Part shown: piece after piece, positions 20,573 through 30,246 of the stretch
How positions within the stretch are numbered: the first letter of the stretch is position 1
How the letters are laid out: each line of letters begins with the position of its first letter
Assembly (NCBI GenBank): GCA_963704905.1
Contig: CAVPHZ010000002.1
Location: 139,011 to 203,010 of the forward strand
Direction of reading: 5' to 3'
DNA from: Candidatus Chisholmbacteria bacterium
GTDB taxonomy: Bacteria > Patescibacteriota > Microgenomatia > UBA1400 > Chisholmbacteraceae
Length of the DNA: 64,000 bases
Notes under the pieces: generated by a model
What the model saw: the letters and a program-made list of their open reading frames with translations, nothing else
What the model was told of the DNA's origin: nothing
Database searches by the model: none
Made by a program: the position numbers and the translations under genes

Positions 20573-20659
20573 ATGAACAAGTCAAGCCAAGTTTTTAAGA
20601 CACAAATCAATAACATCATCCTCATAAAGGGGGACGGCTGGCTTTGCCAAAGAAAATAA
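20573..20659 (+). CDS. Candidate leader peptide MNKSSQVFKTQINNIILIKGDGWLCQRK
   Basis: Short ORF overlapping the antiterminator arm upstream of a terminator; translation unproven. Confidence 0.35.
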   Translation: MNKSSQVFKTQINNIILIKGDGWLCQRK

Positions 20660-20684
20660 AAAACAAGTAAAAAGAAGAAAGAGC

Positions 20685-20716
20685 AAAGCTAGCCACAACA
20701 ACAGGCTAGCTTTTTT
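20685..20716 (+). terminator. Intrinsic terminator with an alternative antiterminator pairing
   Basis: AAAGCTAGCC-N9-GGCTAGCTTT-TTT; left arm can instead pair with GGCTGGCTTTGC at 20636-20647. Confidence 0.8.
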
Positions 20717-20754
20717 ACTTCAGAGAGAAATGAAGTGAAAGAAGGTGACACCAT

Positions 20755-20925
20755 ATGACAAAAAAAGACTGCGATTTATACCTGGAGCTCGCTGAACTTG
20801 CTCGCTCAAATGTATCTGGGCCCGTGAGGCGAGAGATGATCGCAGCAGCTCAAAAGCGGCTCGTTAGGAGACTCCAGGATACCGGAATCGTTTCGGATGA
20901 AGAAGCTGATGCACTCAGATCGTAG
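20755..20925 (+). CDS. Small hypothetical protein, 56 aa (MTKKDCDLYLELAELARSNVSGPVRREMIAAAQKRLVRRLQDTGIVSDEEADALRS)
   Basis: SD-like GAAGGTGA upstream; amphipathic-helix-like sequence; below the ORF-track cutoff. Confidence 0.65.
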   Translation: MTKKDCDLYLELAELARSNVSGPVRREMIAAAQKRLVRRLQDTGIVSDEEADALRS

Positions 20926-20994
20926 TATCAATAATTGAGATTAAATTAAGAAATCATCCCCATATACAGGTCTAGTGTAATGTAACTCCCTAGC

Positions 20995-21023
20995 TTGAAT
21001 ATCCATAGCATTTCAGGTAGGAT
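20995..21023 (+). promoter_or_regulatory. Sigma70 promoter of the gat leader
   Basis: TTGAAT-17 bp-TAGGAT, ending 7 nt before the leader ATG at 21031. Confidence 0.7.
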
Positions 21024-21030
21024 ATCGAGA

Positions 21031-21078
21031 ATGAATGAATCTAGAACGTTCAACCAACAAAATCAACAGGAGAAATAA
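21031..21078 (+). CDS. Asn/Gln-rich attenuator leader peptide of gatCAB (MNESRTFNQQNQQEK)
   Basis: ATG AAT GAA TCT AGA ACG TTC AAC CAA CAA AAT CAA CAG GAG AAA TAA; overlaps stem 1 of the attenuator. Confidence 0.8.
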   Translation: MNESRTFNQQNQQEK

Positions 21079-21135
21079 ACCTGTTGCGGCTGTTGGGGAA
21101 AGAATTCAATTAACTAGCCGCTAGCTAGTTTTTTT
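21054..21135 (+). promoter_or_regulatory. Transcription attenuator (1:2 protector, 2:3 antiterminator, 3:4 terminator)
   Basis: 1:2 CCAACA..CAACAGG / CCTGTTG..TGTTGG; 2:3 GCGGCTGTT / AACTAGCCGC; 3:4 AACTAGC-CGCTA-GCTAGTT followed by a T-run. Confidence 0.82.
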
Positions 21136-21145
21136 ATTGATCATT

Positions 21146-21454
21146 ATGAAAATGAAAAAGAATCTAGTTTCTAGAAAATTGACGAGTAAATTAGCAAGAC
21201 TCTCTCAACTTTCATTCGATGCAAAAGAGCAAGAATACTTCACTCAACAATTCAATGAAACACTTGAAACTATTGATAAGTTGAATTCGCTTAATACACT
21301 TCAAGTAGCAGAGACGAATCAGGTTACTGGTCTATCAAATATCTTCCGGGATGACGTTATAGAAAAAGGGAAAATGTTATCTCAAAAACAAGCTCTTTCA
21401 AACGCAAAAACCACACACGAAGGTTACTTTGTAGTTAAGGCGTTATTTTCATGA
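21146..21454 (+). CDS. gatC: Asp-tRNA(Asn)/Glu-tRNA(Gln) amidotransferase subunit C
   Basis: KLARLSQL, NIFRDD, ALSNA..THEGYFVV; precedes gatA; start could also be 21152. Confidence 0.9.
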   Translation: MKMKKNLVSRKLTSKLARLSQLSFDAKEQEYFTQQFNETLETIDKLNSLNTLQVAETNQVTGLSNIFRDDVIEKGKMLSQKQALSNAKTTHEGYFVVKALFS

Positions 21455-22854
21455 GCAATCAACTGACACTCGCTCGTGCAAAAGAACTTTTAGATAAAAA
21501 AGAACTATCATCAATGGAACTGGTGCAGAGTTGTCTTGCAGCAATAAAAAAACAAGACAAAAAACTAAATGCATTTATTACAGTTAATCCAAATGCAATA
21601 AAAGATGCCCAAAATATTGACAGCAGTACCCAAAAAAAAAGATTACCTCTTCTTGGGATGCCGTTTGTTTTCAAAGATAATTTCTTAACCAAGGGTCTCC
21701 GAACGACAGCATCAAGTAAAGTATTGGATGACTATATTCCGCAATATTCAGCAACCGTCGTTCAAAGACTCTTAAACGCCGGGGTAGTTATTTTAGGGAA
21801 AAGCAACATGGATGCTTGGGCTCACGGCTCTTCCACTGAAACTTCAGATTATGGCTCGACCAAGAACCCTTGGAATGTAAATCATCTACCTGGTGGGTCG
21901 TCTGGTGGTTCTGCTGCTGCAGTTATTGCAGATATGTGCATTGCGGCCATAGGTTCTGAGACGGCTGGTTCAATTCGACAGCCAGCTGCTTGGTGTGGAT
22001 GCGTTGGTTTGAAGCCGACGTATGGAAGAGTAAGTAGGTATGGAGTAATTGCAATGGGGTCCTCATTGGACTCTCCCGGACCAATGACAAAAACAGTCGA
22101 GGACGCAGCCTTGATTCTTGAAGTACTCTCTGGAAAAGATCCAAACGACGCGACGACATCAGATAAGAAACCGGAAAAATACACTTCCTTTCTCAACAAG
22201 GGTGTCCGTGGATTAACGATCGGAATTGCAGAAGAATATCTTCTACCACAAATGCGAAGTGACGTGAAGGATCTTATTACAAACGCGGGAAAGGTATTTG
22301 AAGATCTGGGAGCTAAAGTAAATTATGTTAAAACAATGGATCCAAATTATGCAGTTAGTGTATATACCGTTATTCAAAGATCTGAAGTGTCTTCAAATCT
22401 GGGAAGATATGATGGAATTCGATATGGGAACACGCGTAAATATTTTGGGCAAGAGGCAAAAAGAAGAATTACATTAGGAACATTTGCACTTTCAGCTGGA
22501 TATGCAGATAAGTACTATAAGAAGGCTCAGAAGGTTCGAACCTTGTACATCAGAGACTTTGATAAATTATTTAACAAATACGATCTCATTATGGGACCAA
22601 CATCCCCTGGTCCGGCAAAAAAAGTGGGAGCAACAGAAGGACAGGCGATGTTTGGAGAAATGGAAGATATTCTTGTTGAGCCAAGCACAATTGCGGGGCT
22701 TCCTGGAATTAGCGTGCCGTGTGGGTTTGTAGATGATCTTCCAATTGGACTCGACATATTTGGTCCGCAATTTACGGAAGGGAAAGTAATTCAAGCTGCC
22801 GCTGCATTTGAAAAAGCAACAAAATGGTATGAAAAAAAACCAAAATTAACATGA
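21451..22854 (+). CDS. gatA: Amidotransferase subunit A
   Basis: Amidase signature [37 protein letters not shown]. Confidence 0.96.
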   Translation: MSNQLTLARAKELLDKKELSSMELVQSCLAAIKKQDKKLNAFITVNPNAIKDAQNIDSSTQKKRLPLLGMPFVFKDNFLTKGLRTTASSKVLDDYIPQYSATVVQRLLNAGVVILGKSNMDAWAHGSSTETSDYGSTKNPWNVNHLPGGSSGGSAAAVIADMCIAAIGSETAGSIRQPAAWCGCVGLKPTYGRVSRYGVIAMGSSLDSPGPMTKTVEDAALILEVLSGKDPNDATTSDKKPEKYTSFLNKGVRGLTIGIAEEYLLPQMRSDVKDLITNAGKVFEDLGAKVNYVKTMDPNYAVSVYTVIQRSEVSSNLGRYDGIRYGNTRKYFGQEAKRRITLGTFALSAGYADKYYKKAQKVRTLYIRDFDKLFNKYDLIMGPTSPGPAKKVGATEGQAMFGEMEDILVEPSTIAGLPGISVPCGFVDDLPIGLDIFGPQFTEGKVIQAAAAFEKATKWYEKKPKLT

Positions 22855-24152
22855 AAGATAAAACCCCAATAATTGGAATGGAAATTCACATTGAGTTGAG
22901 TACTGACTCCAAAATGTTTTGCGGTTGTGTAAATAAGCATTATATGGTCAAACCAAACTCTCACACATGTCCAGTATGTCTCGGATTACCTGGTGCGTTA
23001 CCTGTACCAAACAGAAAAGCCGTTGACTGGACACTATTGATTGGACTAGCTTTAAACTGCAAAATTCGCCAGGAATCTAAGTTCGATCGCAAGCATTATT
23101 TCTATCCGGATTTACCCAAAGGCTATCAAATCAGCCAGTACGACGAACCGCTCTGTGAAAACGGATTTATTGATACCTCCGATGGTAGGATCAATATTAC
23201 TCGAGTGCACCTTGAGGAAGATACGGGGAAATTAGTGCATAGAAAAGTGAATGGCAAAAACGTCAGTCTAATTGACTTTAATAGAAGTGGCGTGCCGCTG
23301 GTAGAGATCGTTACGGAGCCTGATATCCACTCAGGCAAACAAGCAAAAGAACTCACTAAAAAACTTCAGCAACTTCTTCGATATCTCAATGTATCTGATT
23401 GCGATATGGAAAAAGGGTCAATGCGACTCGAGGCAAATATTTCATGGGGAATGGATTTAGGTTACAAAGTTGAGGTAAAGAATCTTAATTCATTCCGCTT
23501 TGTGGAACGAGCCATCGACTACGAGCTCTTAAGACAAAAGAAGATGCTTGATAGTGGAAAAACTCCCCGCCAAGAAACTCGTGGATGGTCTGAGAAAAAA
23601 AATAAAACAGTATCACAGCGTTTCAAAGAAACTGCTGCAGACTACCGTTATTTTCCAGAACCTGATATTCCACCCATGAAATTTTCTACCGCTTATATTG
23701 ACGCTTTAAAAAACAAACTACCTATACTGCCAGATGTAATGATAGAGAATTTTCAATCAAAGTATCACATCAAGAAGCAGTATGTAGTAGTGTTAAAAGC
23801 TGATAAGCAGAGATTGGAGTATGCAGATCAGGCTCTGAAAATTGCAGTCAAAGAAAAAGTAGATCTCAACGATGTCGCCAGCGCAATCGTGAATAAAAAA
23901 ATCGATATCAACAACCTTTCTCCCAAGAAACTAATTGATCAAATCAAATCTCAAATTTCCGTAGTAATATCAGATGATAAGACGCTAAAAGCTTGGGTGC
24001 TTCAGGCAATGAACGAGCTTCCAGAGGCTGTAGAAGACTACCGTACAGGAAAAGTGTCTGCAATCTCAGCGCTCATTGGCAAAGTCATGCAACTTTCAAA
24101 AGGAAAAGCGCAGGCGAAAAAGGTCAAACAGCTACTGGAAAAGAAACTGTAA
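22851..24152 (+). CDS. gatB: Amidotransferase subunit B
   Basis: [50 protein letters not shown]. Confidence 0.97.
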   Translation: MKDKTPIIGMEIHIELSTDSKMFCGCVNKHYMVKPNSHTCPVCLGLPGALPVPNRKAVDWTLLIGLALNCKIRQESKFDRKHYFYPDLPKGYQISQYDEPLCENGFIDTSDGRINITRVHLEEDTGKLVHRKVNGKNVSLIDFNRSGVPLVEIVTEPDIHSGKQAKELTKKLQQLLRYLNVSDCDMEKGSMRLEANISWGMDLGYKVEVKNLNSFRFVERAIDYELLRQKKMLDSGKTPRQETRGWSEKKNKTVSQRFKETAADYRYFPEPDIPPMKFSTAYIDALKNKLPILPDVMIENFQSKYHIKKQYVVVLKADKQRLEYADQALKIAVKEKVDLNDVASAIVNKKIDINNLSPKKLIDQIKSQISVVISDDKTLKAWVLQAMNELPEAVEDYRTGKVSAISALIGKVMQLSKGKAQAKKVKQLLEKKL

Positions 24153-24212
24153 TTAAAAACCTCAATTTCTTCTGTTGGAAAAAGGGTTACTTCTTGTTAG
24201 GATGCTAACTAT

Positions 24213-27200
24213 ATGAGCGAGATAGTTCACCTTCATGTACATACGGAATATTCTCTTCTCGATGGACTAAGCAAAATTCCATTACTTCTGGATCGCGCTA
24301 AGCAGCAAAATATGAAAGCTCTAGCGATCACCGATCATGGTGGCATGTATGGCGCTATTCAGTTTTACACGAGTGCTCTTGAGAAAGGCATTAAGCCAAT
24401 TATCGGAGTTGAAACCTACATGGCTGCGAAGTCTCGCCATGACAAACAACCTCGACTCGGAGGGGATCAGTTTCACTTATTACTGCTGGCAAAAAATGAT
24501 GTTGGGTATCGAAATCTTCTCTCACTCACAACCATTTCCCATCTGGAGGGATATCACTATCGTCCGCGAATTGATTGGGAAGTATTAGAAGCCCACAAAG
24601 AAGGTGTGGTTGTTACCAGTGGTTGTCTTCAAGGTCAGCTTTCACAGCTCATGTTAGAAAACCAGGATAAACAAGCCAAGAAGCTCGCCAGTAGATTTCA
24701 ACAAACATTTGGAGAGGACTATTATTTGGAAATTCAGCATCATCCCACTATCCCTGAGGTAGGGAAGGTGAGAGATAAAACCATTAAACTCTCAAGGGAA
24801 CTAGGCATACCACTGGTTGCCACAAATGATGTGCATTACATAGATCCCGAAGACGCAGAAGCACAAGATGCGCTATTGGCAATCCAGACGAGAAAAATTC
24901 TAACTGATGAAAACCGCCTCAGCATGCTCGACTCACCTGATTTCTACCTCAAAAGCAGTGATGAAATGACTGAGGCGTTCAAAGACACACCTGATGCAGT
25001 CGAGAATACGGTGAAAATTGCAGATAAATGCCAGGTAGAGATTCCGATTGGCAAATGGATTCTTCCAAAATTCACGCTTCCAAAAAATGAAACATCTGAC
25101 TCGTTCCTTCGCAAAGAAGTGAAAAAAAAAGCAAAAATCAGACTGAAAAAGATCACGAAAGAGTTGGAAGACAGGATTGATCATGAACTCAATACTATCT
25201 GCAGTAAAGGTTTTGCTGCTTATTTTTTAATTGTCTCTGATTTTGTGAACTGGGCGAAACAACAAGGTATCCGGGTTGGGCCGGGGAGAGGCTCAGCTGC
25301 TGGTTCTCTGGTCAGTTACATACTTCGTATTACTTCAATTAATCCGATGGAGCATGGATTGCCATTTGAGCGATTCTTAAATCCTGATCGCCCCTCACCC
25401 CCAGATATTGATCTGGACTTTGCCGATAACCGAAGAGATGAGGTTATTAATTATGTGTCAAAAAAATATGGGGAGCAAAAAGTAGCTCAGATTATTACCT
25501 TTGGCACCATGGAGGCCAGAGGAAGCGTGAGGGACATTGGCAGAGTCCTGGGGATGCCGTATGAGGAACCGGATCGTATTGCCAAGCTGATTCCAGTTGG
25601 CTACAACATTGAAGAAGCGTTAACGAGCGTTTTTGAGCTACAGGAGTATTACAAACAGGAAAAATATAAAAAACTTCTCGATCTTGCTAGGAAAGTTGAA
25701 GGAGTTTCCAGGCACGCATCAACACATGCAGCTGGAGTTGTAATCGCTGATCGAGATCTTACCTACTACACACCACTGCAGCGTGAAACAAAAGGTGGAA
25801 AAATTATCACCCAGTTCGACATGTATTCTCTCGATCTCAATATCACGAAAAACGCTATCGGATTGATGAAGATGGACTTTTTAGGATTAAGAAATCTCTC
25901 AATTTTAGGTGAGGCCATCGATCTGGTGAAAGTTCAAACAGGACTTGATGTCGATATCTCCGATATTCCTCTAGATGATAAAAAAGTGTTCGAGATATTA
26001 AGCAAAGGGGAAACAACCGGAATATTTCAACTCGAGTCAGCTGGTATGCGCCGAGTTGCACGAAATCTCAAACCTAATCGCTTTTCAGACATTACTGCTA
26101 TGGTCGCACTCTATAGACCGGGTCCGATGGAGCTTATCAATGACTTCATTCTCGGAAAGCAAAACCCTTCAAAAGTAAAGTATCCGCACAACGATCTCAA
26201 GCCAATCCTTGAAGAAACCTACGGGATCGCAGTTTACCAAGAGCAATGTTTACAGATTGCCGCATTCTTATCCGGTTACACACTCGGTGAAGCAGATAAT
26301 TTACGGCTCGCTATTGGGAAGAAGAAAAAAGCAATAATGGGGAAAGAGAAAAAGAAATTCGTTTTAGGTGCTCAAGAGAAAGGCTACACCAAAGCAGTTG
26401 CAGAGAGGGTTTGGGGTTTTATTGAGAGATTTGCAGGATATGGGTTTAACAAGGCACACTCGGCCAGCTATGCCATGATTGCGTACCAAACTGCATACAT
26501 GAAAGTCAATTATCCAGTTGAGTACATGACAGCCTTGCTTTCCTCGGAAAAATCAAATACCGATAAACTAGCCATTGGAGTTGAAGAATGCCGACGCATG
26601 AAGATAGGCATTCTACCGCCGAGCGTAAATCAGTCACAGAGCAGATTCTCAATTGAAAAGAATAAACAGTCATTGGAAGGAAAATCCATTCGTTTCGGTC
26701 TGTCTGCAATCAAGAATATTGGGGAGGCTTCAATTGAAGCGGTATTGACAGTCAGAGCTGACGGACCATTTCAGTCTCTGGGTGATTTTATTAGAAGAGT
26801 TGACCAGCAAAAAGTGAATAAAAAAATCGTCGAAAGCTTAATCAAAGTTGGAGCCATGGATGAATTCGGGAATCGAGCTGCGATGCTTCTTTCTCTGGAT
26901 GAAATTAGGGAAAAGTCTATCGTAGATCAAAGACGAAAATTGCAAGGCCAAACAACCCTCTTCGAAGCCATTCCGGCAGATGAATCATCCCTAAAAGTGG
27001 GAGAAAAACTTGCAGATGTTGAAGAATTTCCCAAAGCAGAATTACTTGCGATGGAAAAGCAATTGTTGGGATTTTATCTCACAGAGCACCCCATGGCGAA
27101 AACTCTCGATGAAATGGCATCACAAGCAACACATAAAATTTACGAACTTTCTGCTGATATTCACACAGGTAGAACAGTCACGCTCACTGGGATGTTGTCA

Positions 27201-27647
27201 AATATAAGAAAAGTCATGACCAAACGATCTCAGCAAGAAATGGCATTCGCAATGCTAGAGGATGGTTCAGGAAAAATTGATCTAGTAGTGTTTCCAAAAC
27301 TCTTTGCAACGACCAGAGAAATTTGGCTTGAAGACAAACCAATCTTGGTGAAAGGAACCTTGGACAACCGCGAAGATCGATTGTCATTGATTGTCGAGCA
27401 AGTTCATACACAACTCAGCGGACAATTAAAATCCCATTCCTCAGAAAGTGGGGAAGAGGTTATCGAAGTCCCGCTCGGAACCTCAAGGGATAAATTAAAA
27501 CAGCTGAGCTCACTGCTTAAAAAAAGTCCTGGGAATGTAAAAGTAAAAATTAGACTAGCAAATGGAAGTCAACCAAAAACACTTATTCTTCCCTATACGG
27601 TAAATTTCACTCAAGATTTACGAGAGCAAATTGAAGAGATTCTTTAA
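24213..27647 (+). CDS. dnaE: DNA polymerase III alpha subunit
   Basis: PHP HLHVHTEYSLLDG, GPGRGSAAGS, PPDIDLDF, YGFNKAH, OB fold. Confidence 0.97.
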   Translation: MSEIVHLHVHTEYSLLDGLSKIPLLLDRAKQQNMKALAITDHGGMYGAIQFYTSALEKGIKPIIGVETYMAAKSRHDKQPRLGGDQFHLLLLAKNDVGYRNLLSLTTISHLEGYHYRPRIDWEVLEAHKEGVVVTSGCLQGQLSQLMLENQDKQAKKLASRFQQTFGEDYYLEIQHHPTIPEVGKVRDKTIKLSRELGIPLVATNDVHYIDPEDAEAQDALLAIQTRKILTDENRLSMLDSPDFYLKSSDEMTEAFKDTPDAVENTVKIADKCQVEIPIGKWILPKFTLPKNETSDSFLRKEVKKKAKIRLKKITKELEDRIDHELNTICSKGFAAYFLIVSDFVNWAKQQGIRVGPGRGSAAGSLVSYILRITSINPMEHGLPFERFLNPDRPSPPDIDLDFADNRRDEVINYVSKKYGEQKVAQIITFGTMEARGSVRDIGRVLGMPYEEPDRIAKLIPVGYNIEEALTSVFELQEYYKQEKYKKLLDLARKVEGVSRHASTHAAGVVIADRDLTYYTPLQRETKGGKIITQFDMYSLDLNITKNAIGLMKMDFLGLRNLSILGEAIDLVKVQTGLDVDISDIPLDDKKVFEILSKGETTGIFQLESAGMRRVARNLKPNRFSDITAMVALYRPGPMELINDFILGKQNPSKVKYPHNDLKPILEETYGIAVYQEQCLQIAAFLSGYTLGEADNLRLAIGKKKKAIMGKEKKKFVLGAQEKGYTKAVAERVWGFIERFAGYGFNKAHSASYAMIAYQTAYMKVNYPVEYMTALLSSEKSNTDKLAIGVEECRRMKIGILPPSVNQSQSRFSIEKNKQSLEGKSIRFGLSAIKNIGEASIEAVLTVRADGPFQSLGDFIRRVDQQKVNKKIVESLIKVGAMDEFGNRAAMLLSLDEIREKSIVDQRRKLQGQTTLFEAIPADESSLKVGEKLADVEEFPKAELLAMEKQLLGFYLTEHPMAKTLDEMASQATHKIYELSADIHTGRTVTLTGMLSNIRKVMTKRSQQEMAFAMLEDGSGKIDLVVFPKLFATTREIWLEDKPILVKGTLDNREDRLSLIVEQVHTQLSGQLKSHSSESGEEVIEVPLGTSRDKLKQLSSLLKKSPGNVKVKIRLANGSQPKTLILPYTVNFTQDLREQIEEIL

Positions 27648-27733
27648 GTAACGATTCACATACGATATTCGTAGATACCGAATAGTACGTTTCTCACTTG
27701 ACGCTTCAGAACCTCCACGGCTAGAATACTCTA

Positions 27734-29386
27734 ATGCGTCCAAACTTCATTTTCGTTATCGGTGGTGTGTTATCTGGAATTGGTAAAGGGGTGACCACGG
27801 CATCAATTGCTCTTCTGATTAAATCTCGCGGTTTTAAGGTCACCAGCATTAAAATCGATCCGTATATCTCCTTAGATGCCGGCACAATGCGTCCAGCTGA
27901 ACATGGCGAGGTATTTGTCACCGACGATGGAGGAGAAATCGATCAAGATCTTGGAAACTACGAGCGGTTCTTGGATCAGTCTCTCACCAAAGAGCACAAC
28001 ATCACTACAGGAAAGGTTTTTGCGAATGTAATCGATAATGAAAGACATTTTAAATACAAGGGTCGTGACGCCTCTATGTTTCCAGATGTTATCAATGAGA
28101 TAAAGCGGATGCTTCTCGCGCCAATTACAGATGAAGAGATTGTTCTTGTTGAGGTTGGTGGCACAACCGGAGATTTGGAAAATCAGCCATTTCTCCACGC
28201 TGCTCGAGAGCTTGGACGAGAATATCCTTCAGTTTACGTTCTAGTTACCTATCTCCCATATTTAAAAAATGTTGGTGAATTAAAAACCAAACCAACTCAG
28301 CATGCTGTAGCCTATTTGAGAGAAACTGGCATTTTTCCTGACTTTATTATTACACGTGGGGAAATTCCGATTGATGAGCCAAGGGTAGAAACCATTGCTT
28401 CAAGGTGTTTTATCGATAAGGAAAATATTATAGATAATCCAGATACTGAAAATATCTATGAGATTCCATTGACGCTTAAAAAAGCCAAGATTGAGGAAAA
28501 GATACTCAAAGCATTAGATTTAAACCCCAAAGCGAAAGATCTTAACGAGTGGAAATCGTTTGTCGAACAAACCAGTTTAAAAAAAGATCCCCTGACAATT
28601 GCCTTAGTCGGTAAGTATGTCGTCCATGGGGCTGATAAACATAGGGACGTTTACATTTCTGTTCTTGAAGCTTTGACGCATGCTGCTGCATTTCAAAAAC
28701 ATGCCATAAAGGTTATTCCTATCGACTCATCTCTTATTGAAAAACAGGGAGAGAAAATACTTGCTGAAGTGAATCCAAATGCTATTGTCGTACCGCAAGG
28801 TTGGGGAAGCCGGGGGATTGAGGGAAAAATCTCAGCGGCAACTTATGCCAGAGTGAATAAAATTCCCTATCTTGGTTTGTGTTTTGGTATGCAGCTGGCA
28901 ACCGTCGAATTTGCCAGGAATGTCGTTGGTCTCAGGGAATCAAATTCAGAAGAAATAGATAAGAGTGCAAAATACCATGTTATTCACATTATGCCAGAAC
29001 AAAAGGAATATTTAAAAAAACACCAATACGGTGGCACTATCCGCTTAGGATCCTGGCCATGCAAGGTAAAACCAGCAACTTTACTTGAAGATGCGTACAA
29101 GACTTGGGGAGCTAACGAAAATAGTATGAAAAACTTACGTATCAATGAACGTCATCGACATCGGTACGAGGTGAATAATTCATACCTCAATAAATTAACC
29201 GATAAAGGGTATGTCGTTTCAGGCGTAAGTCCAGATGGAAAACTTGTCGAAGCCATGGAACTTGACACATCACTACACCCATTTTTTGTGGGAACACAAT
29301 TTCATCCCGAGTTCAAATCTCGTCCACTCTCTCCTCACCCGATATTCATAAGCTTCATCCGAGCAGCGCAGCACCATGCCTCTTGA
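27734..29386 (+). CDS. pyrG: CTP synthase
   Basis: GGVLSGIGKG, KTKPTQH, GLCFGMQ, ERHRHRYE, QFHPEF. Confidence 0.97.
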   Translation: MRPNFIFVIGGVLSGIGKGVTTASIALLIKSRGFKVTSIKIDPYISLDAGTMRPAEHGEVFVTDDGGEIDQDLGNYERFLDQSLTKEHNITTGKVFANVIDNERHFKYKGRDASMFPDVINEIKRMLLAPITDEEIVLVEVGGTTGDLENQPFLHAARELGREYPSVYVLVTYLPYLKNVGELKTKPTQHAVAYLRETGIFPDFIITRGEIPIDEPRVETIASRCFIDKENIIDNPDTENIYEIPLTLKKAKIEEKILKALDLNPKAKDLNEWKSFVEQTSLKKDPLTIALVGKYVVHGADKHRDVYISVLEALTHAAAFQKHAIKVIPIDSSLIEKQGEKILAEVNPNAIVVPQGWGSRGIEGKISAATYARVNKIPYLGLCFGMQLATVEFARNVVGLRESNSEEIDKSAKYHVIHIMPEQKEYLKKHQYGGTIRLGSWPCKVKPATLLEDAYKTWGANENSMKNLRINERHRHRYEVNNSYLNKLTDKGYVVSGVSPDGKLVEAMELDTSLHPFFVGTQFHPEFKSRPLSPHPIFISFIRAAQHHAS

Positions 29387-29425
29387 GAGAAGCATCTCCT
29401 TCTGCTACAATCACCCAATTACACT

Positions 29426-29860
29426 ATGGCATTAACAGCGACAATCAAGAATAGAAAAGTCCATGTCGGTGATACAGTGAGTGTTCACCAAGAAATTGTT
29501 GAGGACGAAAAAAAACGTACTCAGGTATTTGCTGGCGTCGTAATCTCAATCAAAGGTCATGGAACCGGAAAATCGTTTACCGTTCGTAAAATTGCGCACG
29601 GTAGTATTGGGGTTGAACGGATTTGGCCAATTATTTCTCCCAGCATCAAAAAGATAGAAGTAAATAAAGAGGGATCAGTTCGCCGGTCCAAATTGTATTA
29701 CCTTCGAGAAAGAACAGGAAAAAGTGCAATAAAAATTAAAACCAGGGAAAAAATAAAAGTGACTGATAAAGCAAAACCATCTGCATCTAAACAGTCAAAA
29801 ACAGCAAAGAAAAAGAAGGAACCTGCTGGTGCTTCCAAAAAGTCTCGGAAAAAAGGGTGA
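29426..29860 (+). CDS. rplS: 50S ribosomal protein L19
   Basis: [29 protein letters not shown]; Lys-rich C-terminal tail. Confidence 0.96.
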   Translation: MALTATIKNRKVHVGDTVSVHQEIVEDEKKRTQVFAGVVISIKGHGTGKSFTVRKIAHGSIGVERIWPIISPSIKKIEVNKEGSVRRSKLYYLRERTGKSAIKIKTREKIKVTDKAKPSASKQSKTAKKKKEPAGASKKSRKKG

Positions 29861-30188
29861 GCAACTCGCTCGAAAATATCTTCAGAAACTAAGGTATTCA
29901 TTCGTTGATCAAAATTATAGAACCAATTTTGGTGAAATCGATCTAATCTTCAAGGACAAGAAAACACTCGTATTTGTTGAAGTAAAAACAAGGTATAGCA
30001 ATAAATATGGTAATCCGGAAGATTCTGTTACACCTAAAAAAATCGCTGTGATATCTAGAGTTGCAGAGTCATTCTGTATGCTCAATCCAAAACTTCCAAA
30101 ACGCCTTCGCATTGATGTTATCGCCATAGATATGGATAACAATGGAAACGTTAAAGATATTCGTCACATCAAAAATGTCACGGGATAA
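29829..30188 (+). CDS. YraN family (UPF0102) nuclease-like protein
   Basis: [31 protein letters not shown]. Confidence 0.92.
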   Translation: MLPKSLGKKGEQLARKYLQKLRYSFVDQNYRTNFGEIDLIFKDKKTLVFVEVKTRYSNKYGNPEDSVTPKKIAVISRVAESFCMLNPKLPKRLRIDVIAIDMDNNGNVKDIRHIKNVTG

Positions 30189-30246
30189 TAAGTGCAACAG
30201 GAATTGATCTATCGGTTCGCTCCCTATGCTATGCTAAAAACGAAAT

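Noticed and set aside
20930-21140. T-box riboswitch upstream of gatCAB
   Set aside because: No GGTGGNACCGCG T-box motif or specifier stem is visible; the leader-peptide model explains the structure.
24213-27647. Intein or intron in dnaE
   Set aside because: Length (1144 aa) and motif spacing are normal; no splice motifs seen.
29829-29860. 32-bp overlap of rplS and the YraN gene
   Set aside because: Explained by the low-complexity Lys-rich L19 tail; no sign of a special mechanism.
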